Positions 38,000-52,629 of a stretch of DNA of 64,000 bases are shown here, piece by piece (the stretch's first letter is position 1; every line of letters starts with the position of its first letter). Both the position numbers and the translations under genes were made by a program. The stretch is taken from positions 23,250,001 to 23,314,000 of the forward strand of contig OZ024744.1 of NCBI GenBank assembly GCA_964016885.1, written 5' to 3'. This DNA comes from Eledone cirrhosa. Its lineage: Eukaryota. The notes under the pieces are model-generated. The model was not told where the DNA came from, did no database searches, and worked only from the letters and a program-made list of their open reading frames with translations.

Positions 38000-40900
38000 G
38001 TCAGTTCTTAAGATTCAACTGTTGTTAAAACGAGTTTTATCTAAAGATTCAGCTGTTGTTAAAATGAGTCAGTTCTTAAGATTCAACTGTTGTTAAAACG
38101 AGTTTTATTTGAAGATTCAACTGTTGTTAAAACGAGTCAGTTCTTAAGGTTGAACTGTTGATAAAACGAGTCAGTTCTTAAGATTCAACTGTTGTTAAAA
38201 CGAGACAGTTCTTAAGATTCAACTGTTGTTAAAACGAGACAGTTCTTAAGATTCAACTGTTGTTAAAACGAGTTTTATCTTAAGATTCAACTGTTGTTAA
38301 AATGAGTTTTATCATAAGATTCAACTGTTGTTAAAACGAGTCAGTTCTTAAGATTCAACTGTTGTTAAAACAAGTTTTATTTGAAGATTCAACTGTTGTT
38401 AAAACGAGTCAGTTATTAAGTTTGCACTGTTGTTAAAACGAATCAGTTCTTAACATTCAACTATCGTTAAAACGAATTTTATCTTAAGATTCAACTGTTG
38501 TTAAGACGAGTTTTATCTTAAGATTCAGCTGTTGTTAAAACGAGTCATTTCTTAAGGTTGAACTGTTGATAAAACGAGTCAGTTCTTAAGATTCAACTGT
38601 TGTTAAAACGAGTTTTATCTTAAGATTCAACTGTTGTTAAAACGAGTCAGTTCTTAAGATTCAACTGTTGTTAAAACGAGTTTTATTTGAAGATTCAACT
38701 GTTGTTAAAACGAGTCAGGTCTTAAGGTTGAACTGTTGATAAAACGAGTCAGTTCTTAAGATTCAACAGTTGTTAAAACGAGTTTTATCTTAAGATTTAG
38801 CTGTTGTTAAAACGAGTCAGTTCTTAAGATTCAACTGTTGTTAAAACGAGTTTATCTTCAAATTCAGCTGTTGTTAAAACGAGTCAGTTCTTAAGATTCA
38901 ACTGTTGTTAAAACGAGTTTTATTTGAAGATTCAACTGTTGTTAAAACGAGTCAGTTCTTAAGGTTGAACTGTTGATAAAACGAGTCAGTTCTTAAGATT
39001 CAACTGTTGTTAAAACGAGTTTTATCTTAAGATTCATCTGTTGTTAAAACGAGTCAGTTCTTAAGATTCAACTGTTGTTAAAACGAGTTTTATCTTAAGA
39101 TTCAACTGTTGTTAAAACGAGTTTTATCTTAAGATGCAACTGTTGTTAAAACGAATCAGTTCTTAAGATTCAACTGTTGTTAAAACGAGTTTATTTGAAG
39201 ATTCAACTGTTGTTAAGATGAGTCAGTTCTTAAGGTTGAACTGCTGATAAAACGAGTCAGTTCTTAAGATTCAACTGTTGATAAAACGAGTCAGTTCTTA
39301 AGATTCAACTCTTGTTAAAACGAGTTTTATCTTAAGATTCAACTGTTGTTAAAACGAGTTTATCTTAAGATTCAGCTATTGTTAAAACGAATCAGTTCTT
39401 AAGATTCAACTGTTGTTAAAACGAGTCAGTTCTTAAGGTTGAACTGTTGATAAAACGAGTCAGTTCTTACGATTCAACTGTTGTTAAAACGAGTTTTATC
39501 TTAAGATTCAGCTGTTGTTAAAACGAGGCAGTTCTTAAGATTCAACTGTTGTTAAAACGAGTTTATCTTAAGATTCAGCTGTTGTTAACACGAATCAGTT
39601 CTTAAGATTCAACTGTTGTTAAAACGAGTTTTATTTGAAGATTCAACTGTTGTTAAAATGAGTCAGTTCTTAAGGTTGAACTGTTGATAAAGCGAGTCAG
39701 TTGTTGTTGTTAAAACGAGATTTATCTTAAGATTCAGCTGTTGTTAAAACGAGTCAGTTCTTAAGATTCAAATGTTGTTAACACGAGTTTTATCTTAAGA
39801 TTCAACTGTTGTTAAAACGAGTTTATCTTAAGATTCAGCTGTTGTTAAAACGAATCAGTTCTTAAGATTCAACTGTTGTTAAAACGAGTTTTATTTGAAG
39901 ATTCAACTGTTGTTAAAATGAGTCAGTCCTTAAGGTTGAACTGTTGATAAAACGAGTCAGTTCTTAAGATTCAACTGTTGTTAAAACGAGTGTTATCTTA
40001 AGATTCAGCTGTTGTTAAAACGAGTCAGTTCTTAAGATTCAACTGTTGTTAAAACGAGTTTTATCTTAAGATTCAACTGTTATTAAAACGAGTCAGTTCT
40101 TAAGATTCAACTGTTGTTAAAACGAGTTTTATCTTAAGATTCAACTGTTGTTAAAATGAGCTTATCTTAAGATTCAGTTGTTGTTAAAACGAATCAGTTC
40201 TTAAGATTCAACTGTTGTTCAAACGAGTTTAATTTGAAGATTCAACTGTTGTTAAAATGAGTCAGTTCTTAAGGTTGAACTGTTAATAAAACGACTCAGT
40301 TCTTAAGATTCAACTGTTGTAAAACGAGTTTTATCTTAAGATTCAACTGTTATTAAAACGAGTCAGTTCTTAAGATTCAACTGTTGTTAAAACGAGTTTT
40401 ATCTTAAGATTCCACTGTTGTTATAACGAGTTTTATCTAAAGATTCAACTGTTGTTAAACGAATCAGTTCTTATGATTCAACTGTTGTTAAAACGAGTTT
40501 TATTTGAAGATTCAACTGTTGTTAAAACGAGTCAGTTCTTAAGATTCAACCGTTGTTAAAACGAGTTTTATCTTAAGATTCAGCTGTTGTTAAAACGAGT
40601 CAGTTCTTAAGATTCAACTGTTGTTAAAACGAGTTTTATTTGAAGATTCAACTGTTGTTAAAACGAGTCAGTTCTTATGGTTGAACTGTTGTTAAAACGA
40701 GTCAGTTCTTAAGATTCAACTGTTGTTAAAACGAGTTTTATCTAAAGATTCAGCTGTTGTTAAAATGAGTCAGTTCTTAAGATTCAACTGTTGTTAAAAC
40801 GAGTTTTATCTTAAGATTCAACTGTTGTTAAAACGAGTCAGTTCTTAAGATTCAACTGTTGTTAAAACGAGTTTTATTTGAAGATTCAACTGTTGTTAAA

Positions 40901-43900
40901 ACGAGTCAGTTCTTAAGTTTGAACTGTTGATAAAACGAGTCAGTTCTTAAGATTCAACTGTTGTTAAAACGAGACAGTTCTTAAGATTCAACTGTTGTTA
41001 AAACGAGACAGGTCTTAACATTCAACTATCGTTAAAGCGAATTTTATCTTAAGATTCAACTGCTGTTAAGACGAGTTTTATCTTAAGATTCAGCTGTTGT
41101 TAAAACGAGTCAGTTCTTAAGGTTGAACTGTTGATAAAACGAGTCAGTTCTTAAGATTCAACTGTTGTTAAAACGAGTTTTATCTTAAGATTCAGCTGTT
41201 GTTAAAACGAGTCAGTTCTTAAGATTCAACTGTTGTTAAAACGAGTTTTATTTTAAGATTCAACTGTTGTTAAACGAATCAGTTCTTATGATTCAACTGT
41301 TGTTAAAACGAGTTTTATTTGAAGATTCAACTGTTGTTAAAACGAGTCAGTTCTTAAGATTCAACCGTTGTTAAAACGAGTTTTATCTTAAGATTCAGCT
41401 GTTGTTAAAACGAGTCAGTTCTTAAGATTCAACTGTTGTTAAAACGAGTTTTATCTAAAGATTCAGCTGTTGTTAAAATGAGTCAGTTCTTAAGATTCAA
41501 CTGTTGTTAAAACGAGTTTTATTTGAAGATTCAACTGTTGTTAAAACGAGTCAGTTCTTAAGGTTGAACTGTTGATAAAACGAGTCAGTTCTTAAGATTC
41601 AACTGTTGTTAAAACGAGACAGTTCTTAAGATTCAACTGTTGTTAAAACGAGACAGTTCTTAAGATTCAACTGTTGTTAAAACGAGTTTTATCTTAAGAT
41701 TCAACTGTTGTTAAAATGAGTTTTATCATAAGATTCAACTGTTGTTAAAACGAGTCAGTTCTTAAGATTCAACTGTTGTTAAAACAAGTTTTATTTGAAG
41801 ATTCAACTGTTGTTAAAACGAGTCAGTTATTAAGTTTGCACTGTTGTTAAAACGAATCAGTTCTTAACATTCAACTATCGTTAAAACGAATTTTATCTTA
41901 AGATTCAACTGTTGTTAAGACGAGTTTTATCTTAAGATTCAGCTGTTGTTAAAACGAGTCATTTCTTAAGGTTGAACTGTTGATAAAACGAGTCAGTTCT
42001 TAAGATTCAACTGTTGTTAAAACGAGTTTTATCTTAAGATTCAACTGTTGTTAAAACGAGTCAGTTCTTAAGATTCAACTGTTGTTAAAACGAGTTTTAT
42101 TTGAAGATTCAACTGTTGTTAAAACGAGTCAGTTCTTAAGGTTGAACTGTTGATAAAACGAGTCAGTTCTTAAGATTCAACAGTTGTTAAAACGAGTTTT
42201 ATCTTAAGATTTAGCTGTTGTTAAAACGAGTCAGTTCTTAAGATTCAACTGTTGTTAAAACGAGTTTATCTTCAAATTCAGCTGTTGTTAAAACGAGTCA
42301 GTTCTTAAGATTCAACTGTTGTTAAAACGAGTTTTATTTGAAGATTCAACTGTTGTTAAAACGAGTCAGTTCTTAAGGTTGAACTGTTGATAAAACGAGT
42401 CAGTTCTTAAGATTCAACTGTTGTTAAAACGAGTTTTATCTTAAGATTCATCTGTTGTTAAAACGAGTCAGTTCTTAAGATTCAACTGTTGTTAAAACGA
42501 GTTTTATCTTAAGATTCAACTGTTGTTAAAACGAGTTTTATCTTAAGATGCAACTGTTGTTAAAACGAATCAGTTCTTAAGATTCAACTGTTGTTAAAAC
42601 GAGTTTATTTGAAGATTCAACTGTTGTTAAGATGAGTCAGTTCTTAAGGTTGAACTGCTGATAAAACGAGTCAGTTCTTAAGATTCAACTGTTGATAAAA
42701 CGAGTCAGTTCTTAAGATTCAACTCTTGTTAAAACGAGTTTTATCTTAAGATTCAACTGTTGTTAAAACGAGTTTATCTTAAGATTCAGCTATTGTTAAA
42801 ACGAATCAGTTCTTAAGATTCAACTGTTGTTAAAACGAGTCAGTTCTTAAGGTTGAACTGTTGATAAAACGAGTCAGTTCTTACGATTCAACTGTTGTTA
42901 AAACGAGTTTTATCTTAAGATTCAGCTGTTGTTAAAACGAGGCAGTTCTTAAGATTCAACTGTTGTTAAAACGAGTTTTATCTTAAGATTCAACTGTTGT
43001 TAAAACGAGTTTATCTTAAGATTCAGCTGTTGTTAACACGAATCAGTTCTTAAGATTCAACTGTTGTTAAAACGAGTTTTATTTGAAGATTCAACTGTTG
43101 TTAAAATGAGTCAGTTCTTAAGGTTGAACTGTTGATAAAGCGAGTCAGTTGTTGTTGTTAAAACGAGATTTATCTTAAGATTCAGCTGTTGTTAAAACGA
43201 GTCAGTTCTTAAGATTCAAATGTTGTTAACACGAGTTTTATCTTAAGATTCAACTGTTGTTAAAACGAGTTTATCTTAAGATTCAGCTGTTGTTAAAACG
43301 AATCAGTTCTTAAGATTCAACTGTTGTTAAAACGAGTTTTATTTGAAGATTCAACTGTTGTTAAAATGAGTCAGTCCTTAAGGTTGAACTGTTGATAAAA
43401 CGAGTCAGTTCTTAAGATTCAACTGTTGTTAAAACGAGTGTTATCTTAAGATTCAGCTGTTGTTAAAACGAGTCAGTTCTTAAGATTCAACTGTTGTTAA
43501 AACGAGTTTTATCTTAAGATTCAACTGTTATTAAAACGAGTCAGTTCTTAAGATTCAACTGTTGTTAAAACGAGTTTTATCTTAAGATTCAACTGTTGTT
43601 AAAATGAGCTTATCTTAAGATTCAGTTGTTGTTAAAACGAATCAGTTCTTAAGATTCAACTGTTGTTCAAACGAGTTTAATTTGAAGATTCAACTGTTGT
43701 TAAAATGAGTCAGTTCTTAAGGTTGAACTGTTAATAAAACGACTCAGTTCTTAAGATTCAACTGTTGTTAAAACGAGTTTTATCTAAAGATTCAGCTGTT
43801 GTTAAAATGAGTCAGTTCTTAAGATTCAACTGTTGTTAAAACGAGTTTTATTTGAAGATTCAACTGTTGTTAAAACGAGTCAGTTCTTAAGGTTGAACTG

Positions 43901-46900
43901 TTGATAAAACGAGTCAGTTCTTAAGATTCAACTGTTGTTAAAACGAGACAGTTCTTAAGATTCAACTGTTGTTAAAACGAGACAGTTCTTAAGATTCAAC
44001 TGTTGTTAAAACGAGTTTTATCTTAAGATTCAACTGTTGTTAAAATGAGTTTTATCATAAGATTCAACTGTTGTTAAAACGAGTCAGTTCTTAAGATTCA
44101 ACTGTTGTTAAAACAAGTTTTATTTGAAGATTCAACTGTTGTTAAAACGAGTCAGTTATTAAGTTTGCACTGTTGTTAAAACGAATCAGTTCTTAACATT
44201 CAACTATCGTTAAAACGAATTTTATCTTAAGATTCAACTGTTGTTAAGACGAGTTTTATCTTAAGATTCAGCTGTTGTTAAAACGAGTCATTTCTTAAGG
44301 TTGAACTGTTGATAAAACGAGTCAGTTCTTAAGATTCAACTGTTGTTAAAACGAGTTTTATCTTAAGATTCAACTGTTGTTAAAACGAGTCAGTTCTTAA
44401 GATTCAACTGTTGTTAAAACGAGTTTTATTTGAAGATTCAACTGTTGTTAAAACGAGTCAGGTCTTAAGGTTGAACTGTTGATAAAACGAGTCAGTTCTT
44501 AAGATTCAACAGTTGTTAAAACGAGTTTTATCTTAAGATTTAGCTGTTGTTAAAACGAGTCAGTTCTTAAGATTCAACTGTTGTTAAAACGAGTTTATCT
44601 TCAAATTCAGCTGTTGTTAAAACGAGTCAGTTCTTAAGATTCAACTGTTGTTAAAACGAGTTTTATTTGAAGATTCAACTGTTGTTAAAACGAGTCAGTT
44701 CTTAAGGTTGAACTGTTGATAAAACGAGTCAGTTCTTAAGATTCAACTGTTGTTAAAACGAGTTTTATCTTAAGATTCATCTGTTGTTAAAACGAGTCAG
44801 TTCTTAAGATTCAACTGTTGTTAAAACGAGTTTTATCTTAAGATTCAACTGTTGTTAAAACGAGTTTTATCTTAAGATGCAACTGTTGTTAAAACGAATC
44901 AGTTCTTAAGATTCAACTGTTGTTAAAACGAGTTTATTTGAAGATTCAACTGTTGTTAAGATGAGTCAGTTCTTAAGGTTGAACTGCTGATAAAACGAGT
45001 CAGTTCTTAAGATTCAACTGTTGATAAAACGAGTCAGTTCTTAAGATTCAACTCTTGTTAAAACGAGTTTTATCTTAAGATTCAACTGTTGTTAAAACGA
45101 GTTTATCTTAAGATTCAGCTATTGTTAAAACGAATCAGTTCTTAAGATTCAACTGTTGTTAAAACGAGTCAGTTCTTAAGGTTGAACTGTTGATAAAACG
45201 AGTCAGTTCTTACGATTCAACTGTTGTTAAAACGAGTTTTATCTTAAGATTCAGCTGTTGTTAAAACGAGGCAGTTCTTAAGATTCAACTGTTGTTAAAA
45301 CGAGTTTATCTTAAGATTCAGCTGTTGTTAACACGAATCAGTTCTTAAGATTCAACTGTTGTTAAAACGAGTTTTATTTGAAGATTCAACTGTTGTTAAA
45401 ATGAGTCAGTTCTTAAGGTTGAACTGTTGATAAAGCGAGTCAGTTGTTGTTGTTAAAACGAGATTTATCTTAAGATTCAGCTGTTGTTAAAACGAGTCAG
45501 TTCTTAAGATTCAAATGTTGTTAACACGAGTTTTATCTTAAGATTCAACTGTTGTTAAAACGAGTTTATCTTAAGATTCAGCTGTTGTTAAAACGAATCA
45601 GTTCTTAAGATTCAACTGTTGTTAAAACGAGTTTTATTTGAAGATTCAACTGTTGTTAAAATGAGTCAGTCCTTAAGGTTGAACTGTTGATAAAACGAGT
45701 CAGTTCTTAAGATTCAACTGTTGTTAAAACGAGTGTTATCTTAAGATTCAGCTGTTGTTAAAACGAGTCAGTTCTTAAGATTCAACTGTTGTTAAAACGA
45801 GTTTTATCTTAAGATTCAACTGTTATTAAAACGAGTCAGTTCTTAAGATTCAACTGTTGTTAAAACGAGTTTTATCTTAAGATTCAACTGTTGTTAAAAT
45901 GAGCTTATCTTAAGATTCAGTTGTTGTTAAAACGAATCAGTTCTTAAGATTCAACTGTTGTTCAAACGAGTTTAATTTGAAGATTCAACTGTTGTTAAAA
46001 TGAGTCAGTTCTTAAGGTTGAACTGTTAATAAAACGACTCAGTTCTTAAGATTCAACTGTTGTAAAACGAGTTTTATCTTAAGATTCAACTGTTATTAAA
46101 ACGAGTCAGTTCTTAAGATTCAACTGTTGTTAAAACGAGTTTTATCTTAAGATTCCACTGTTGTTATAACGAGTTTTATCTAAAGATTCAACTGTTGTTA
46201 AACGAATCAGTTCTTATGATTCAACTGTTGTTAAAACGAGTTTTATTTGAAGATTCAACTGTTGTTAAAACGAGTCAGTTCTTAAGATTCAACCGTTGTT
46301 AAAACGAGTTTTATCTTAAGATTCAGCTGTTGTTAAAACGAGTCAGTTCTTAAGATTCAACTGTTGTTAAAACGAGTTTTATTTGAAGATTCAACTGTTG
46401 TTAAAACGAGTCAGTTCTTATGGTTGAACTGTTGTTAAAACGAGTCAGTTCTTAAGATTCAACTGTTGTTAAAACGAGTTTTATCTAAAGATTCAGCTGT
46501 TGTTAAAATGAGTCAGTTCTTAAGATTCAACTGTTGTTAAAACGAGTTTTATCTTAAGATTCAACTGTTGTTAAAACGAGTCAGTTCTTAAGATTCAACT
46601 GTTGTTAAAACGAGTTTTATTTGAAGATTCAACTGTTGTTAAAACGAGTCAGTTCTTAAGTTTGAACTGTTGATAAAACGAGTCAGTTCTTAAGATTCAA
46701 CTGTTGTTAAAACGAGACAGTTCTTAAGATTCAACTGTTGTTAAAACGAGACAGGTCTTAACATTCAACTATCGTTAAAGCGAATTTTATCTTAAGATTC
46801 AACTGCTGTTAAGACGAGTTTTATCTTAAGATTCAGCTGTTGTTAAAACGAGTCAGTTCTTAAGGTTGAACTGTTGATAAAACGAGTCAGTTCTTAAGAT

Positions 46901-49490
46901 TCAACTGTTGTTAAAACGAGTTTTATCTTAAGATTCAGCTGTTGTTAAAACGAGTCAGTTCTTAAGATTCAACTGTTGTTAAAACGAGTTTTATCTTAAG
47001 ATTCAACTGTTGTTAAACGAATCAGTTCTTATGATTCAACTGTTGTTAAAACGAGTTTTATTTGAAGATTCAACTGTTGTTAAAACGAGTCAGTTCTTAA
47101 GATTCAACCGTTGTTAAAACGAGTTTTATCTTAAGATTCAGCTGTTGTTAAAACGAGTCAGTTCTTAAGATTCAACTGTTGTTAAAACGAGTTTTATCTA
47201 AAGATTCAGCTGTTGTTAAAATGAGTCAGTTCTTAAGATTCAACTGTTGTTAAAACGAGTTTTATTTGAAGATTCAACTGTTGTTAAAACGAGTCAGTTC
47301 TTAAGGTTGAACTGTTGATAAAACGAGTCAGTTCTTAAGATTCAACTGTTGTTAAAACGAGACAGTTCTTAAGATTCAACTGTTGTTAAAACGAGACAGT
47401 TCTTAAGATTCAACTGTTGTTAAAACGAGTTTTATCTTAAGATTCAACTGTTGTTAAAATGAGTTTTATCATAAGATTCAACTGTTGTTAAAACGAGTCA
47501 GTTCTTAAGATTCAACTGTTGTTAAAACAAGTTTTATTTGAAGATTCAACTGTTGTTAAAACGAGTCAGTTATTAAGTTTGCACTGTTGTTAAAACGAAT
47601 CAGTTCTTAACATTCAACTATCGTTAAAACGAATTTTATCTTAAGATTCAACTGTTGTTAAGACGAGTTTTATCTTAAGATTCAGCTGTTGTTAAAACGA
47701 GTCATTTCTTAAGGTTGAACTGTTGATAAAACGAGTCAGTTCTTAAGATTCAACTGTTGTTAAAACGAGTTTTATCTTAAGATTCAACTGTTGTTAAAAC
47801 GAGTCAGTTCTTAAGATTCAACTGTTGTTAAAACGAGTTTTATTTGAAGATTCAACTGTTGTTAAAACGAGTCAGTTCTTAAGGTTGAACTGTTGATAAA
47901 ACGAGTCAGTTCTTAAGATTCAACAGTTGTTAAAACGAGTTTTATCTTAAGATTTAGCTGTTGTTAAAACGAGTCAGTTCTTAAGATTCAACTGTTGTTA
48001 AAACGAGTTTATCTTCAAATTCAGCTGTTGTTAAAACGAGTCAGTTCTTAAGATTCAACTGTTGTTAAAACGAGTTTTATTTGAAGATTCAACTGTTGTT
48101 AAAACGAGTCAGTTCTTAAGGTTGAACTGTTGATAAAACGAGTCAGTTCTTAAGATTCAACTGTTGTTAAAACGAGTTTTATCTTAAGATTCATCTGTTG
48201 TTAAAACGAGTCAGTTCTTAAGATTCAACTGTTGTTAAAACGAGTTTTATCTTAAGATTCAACTGTTGTTAAAACGAGTTTTATCTTAAGATGCAACTGT
48301 TGTTAAAACGAATCAGTTCTTAAGATTCAACTGTTGTTAAAACGAGTTTATTTGAAGATTCAACTGTTGTTAAGATGAGTCAGTTCTTAAGGTTGAACTG
48401 CTGATAAAACGAGTCAGTTCTTAAGATTCAACTGTTGATAAAACGAGTCAGTTCTTAAGATTCAACTCTTGTTAAAACGAGTTTTATCTTAAGATTCAAC
48501 TGTTGTTAAAACGAGTTTATCTTAAGATTCAGCTATTGTTAAAACGAATCAGTTCTTAAGATTCAACTGTTGTTAAAACGAGTCAGTTCTTAAGGTTGAA
48601 CTGTTGATAAAACGAGTCAGTTCTTACGATTCAACTGTTGTTAAAACGAGTTTTATCTTAAGATTCAGCTGTTGTTAAAACGAGGCAGTTCTTAAGATTC
48701 AACTGTTGTTAAAACGAGTTTTATCTTAAGATTCAACTGTTGTTAAAACGAGTTTATCTTAAGATTCAGCTGTTGTTAACACGAATCAGTTCTTAAGATT
48801 CAACTGTTGTTAAAACGAGTTTTATTTGAAGATTCAACTGTTGTTAAAATGAGTCAGTTCTTAAGGTTGAACTGTTGATAAAGCGAGTCAGTTGTTGTTG
48901 TTAAAACGAGATTTATCTTAAGATTCAGCTGTTGTTAAAACGAGTCAGTTCTTAAGATTCAAATGTTGTTAACACGAGTTTTATCTTAAGATTCAACTGT
49001 TGTTAAAACGAGTTTATCTTAAGATTCAGCTGTTGTTAAAACGAATCAGTTCTTAAGATTCAACTGTTGTTAAAACGAGTTTTATTTGAAGATTCAACTG
49101 TTGTTAAAATGAGTCAGTCCTTAAGGTTGAACTGTTGATAAAACGAGTCAGTTCTTAAGATTCAACTGTTGTTAAAACGAGTGTTATCTTAAGATTCAGC
49201 TGTTGTTAAAACGAGTCAGTTCTTAAGATTCAACTGTTGTTAAAACGAGTTTTATCTTAAGATTCAACTGTTATTAAAACGAGTCAGTTCTTAAGATTCA
49301 ACTGTTGTTAAAACGAGTTTTATCTTAAGATTCAACTGTTGTTAAAATGAGCTTATCTTAAGATTCAGTTGTTGTTAAAACGAATCAGTTCTTAAGATTC
49401 AACTGTTGTTCAAACGAGTTTAATTTGAAGATTCAACTGTTGTTAAAATGAGTCAGTTCTTAAGGTTGAACTGTTAATAAAACGACTCAG
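38000..49490 (+). repeat. Super-HOR tandem duplication, 5743-bp unit, 2 copies (junction ~43744)
   Basis: Private variants GGTCTTAAGG 38718/44461 and GGTCTTAACA 41011/46754, plus a missing B monomer after GAGGCAG (~39560/~45300), recur at +5743 (3448+2295). Confidence 0.88.
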
Positions 49491-52400
49491 TTCTTAAGAT
49501 TCAACTGTTGTAAAACGAGTTTTATCTTAAGATTCAACTGTTATTAAAACGAGTCAGTTCTTAAGATTCAACTGTTGTTAAAACGAGTTTTATCTTAAGA
49601 TTCCACTGTTGTTATAACGAGTTTTATCTAAAGATTCAACTGTTGTTAAACGAATCAGTTCTTATGATTCAACTGTTGTTAAAACGAGTTTTATTTGAAG
49701 ATTCAACTGTTGTTAAAACGAGTCAGTTCTTAGGATTCAACCGTTGTTAAAACGAGTTTTATCTTAAGATTCAGCTGTTGTTAAAACGAGTCAGTTCTTA
49801 AGATTCAACTGTTGTTAAAACGAGTTTTATTTGAAGATTCAACTGTTGTTAAAACGAGTCAGTTCTTATGGTTGAACTGTTGTTAAAACGAGTCAGTTCT
49901 TAAGATTCAACTGTTGTTAAAACGAGTTTTATCTAAAGATTCAGCTGTTGTTAAAATGAGTCAGTTCTTAAGATTCAACTGTTGTTAAAACGAGTTTTAT
50001 CTTAAGATTCAACTGTTGTTAAAACGAGTCAGTTCTTAAGATTCAACTGTTGTTAAAACGAGTTTTATTTGAAGATTCAACTGTTGTTAAAACGAGTCAG
50101 TTCTTAAGTTTGAACTGTTGATAAAACGAGTCAGTTCTTAAGATTCAACTGTTGTTAAAACGAGACAGTTCTTAAGATTCAACTGTTGTTAAAACGAGAC
50201 AGTTCTTAACATTCAACTATCGTTAAAGCGAATTTTATCTTAAGATTCAACTGCTGTTAAGACGAGTTTTATCTTAAGATTCAGCTGTTGTTAAAACGAG
50301 TCAGTTCTTAAGGTTGAACTGTTGATAAAACGAGTCAGTTCTTAAGATTCAACTGTTGTTAAAAGGAGTTTATCTTAAGATTCAGCTGTTGTTAAAACGA
50401 GTCAGTTCTTAAGATTCAACTGTTGTTAAAACGAGTTTTATCTTAAGATTCAACTGTTGTTAAACGAATCAGTTCTTATGATTCAACTGTTGTTAAAACG
50501 AGTTTTATTTGAAGATTCAACTGTTGTTAAAACGAGTCAGTTCTTAAGATTCAACCGTTGTTAAAACGAGTTTTATCTTAAGATTCAGCTGTTGTTAAAA
50601 CGAGTCAGTTCTTAAGATTCAACTGTTGTTAAAACGAGTTTTATCTAAAGATTCAGCTGTTGTTAAAATGAGTCAGTTCTTAAGATTCAACTGTTGTTAA
50701 AACGAGTTTTATTTGAAGATTCAACTGTTGTTAAAACGAGTCAGTTCTTAAGGTTGAACTGTTGATAAAACGAGTCAGTTCTTAAGATTCAACTGTTGTT
50801 AAAACGAGACAGTTCTTAAGATTCAACTGTTGTTAAAACGAGACAGTTCTTAAGATTCAACTGTTGTTAAAACGAGTTTTATCTTAAGATTCAACTGTTG
50901 TTAAAATGAGTTTTATCATAAGATTCAGCTGTTGTTAAAACGAGTCAGTTCTTAAGATTCAACTGTTGTTAAAACAAGTTTTATTTGAAGATTCAACTGT
51001 TGTTAAAACGAGTCAGTTATTAAGTTTGCACTGTTGTTAAAACGAATCAGTTCTTAACATTCAACTATCGTTAAAACGAATTTTATCTTAAGATTCAACT
51101 GTTGTTAAGACGAGTTTTATCTTAAGATTCAGCTGTTGTTAAAACGAGTCATTTCTTAAGGTTGAACTGTTGATAAAACGAGTCAGTTCTTAAGATTCAA
51201 CTGTTGTTAAAACGAGTTTTATCTTAAGATTCAACTGTTGTTAAAACGAGTCAGTTCTTAAGATTCAACTGTTGTTAAAACGAGTTTTATTTGAAGATTC
51301 AACTGTTGTTAAAACGAGTCAGTTCTTAAGGTTGAACTGTTGATAAAACGAGTCAGTTCTTAAGATTCAACAGTTGTTAAAACGAGTTTTATCTTAAGAT
51401 TTAGCTGTTGTTAAAACGAGTCAGTTCTTAAGATTCAACTGTTGTTAAAACGAGTTTATCTTCAAATTCAGCTGTTGTTAAAACGAGTCAGTTCTTAAGA
51501 TTCAACTGTTGTTAAAACGAGTTTTATCTTAAGATTCAACTGTTATTAAAACGAGTCAGTTCTTAAGATTCAACTGTTGTTAAAACGAGTTTTATCTTAA
51601 GATTCAACTGTTGTTAAAATGAGCTTATCTTAAGATTCAGTTGTTGTTAAAACGAATCAGTTCTTAAGATTCAACTGTTGTTCAAACGAGTTTAATTTGA
51701 AGATTCAACTGTTGTTAAAATGAGTCAGTTCTTAAGGTTGAACTGTTAATAAAACGACTCAGTTCTTAAGATTCAACTGTTGTAAAACGAGTTTTATCTT
51801 AAGATTCAACTGTTATTAAAACGAGTCAGTTCTTAAGATTCAACTGTTGTTAAAACGAGTTTTATCTTAAGATTCCACTGTTGTTATAACGAGTTTTATC
51901 TAAAGATTCAACTGTTGTTAAACGAATCAGTTCTTATGATTCAACTGTTGTTAAAACGAGTTTTATTTGAAGATTCAACTGTTGTTAAAACGAGTCAGTT
52001 CTTAAGATTCAACCGTTGTTAAAACGAGTTTTATCTTAAGATTCAGCTGTTGTTAAAACGAGTCAGTTCTTAAGATTCAACTGTTGTTAAAACGAGTTTT
52101 ATTTGAAGATTCAACTGTTGTTAAAACGAGTCAGTTCTTATGTTTGAACTGTTGTTAAAACGAGTCAGTTCTTAAGATTCAACTGTTGTTAAAACGAGTT
52201 TTATCTAAAGATTCAGCTGTTGTTAAAATGAGTCAGTTCTTAAGATTCAACTGTTGTTAAAACGAGTTTTATCTTAAGATTCAACTGTTGTTAAAACGAG
52301 TCAGTTCTTAAGATTCAACTGTTGTTAAAACGAGTTTTATTTGAAGATTCAACTGTTGTTAAAACGAGTCAGTTCTTAAGTTTGAACTGTTGATAAAACG

Positions 52401-52629
52401 AGTCAGTTCTTAAGATTCAACTGTTGTTAAAACGAGACAGTTCTTAAGATTCAACTGTTGTTAAAACGAGACAGTTCTTAACATTCAACTATCGTTAAAG
52501 CGAATTTTATCTTAAGATTCAACTGCTGTTAAGACGAGTTTTATCTTAAGATTCAGCTGTTGTTAAAACGAGTCAGTTCTTAAGGTTGAACTGTTGATAA
52601 AACGAGTCAGTTCTTAAGATTCAACTGTT

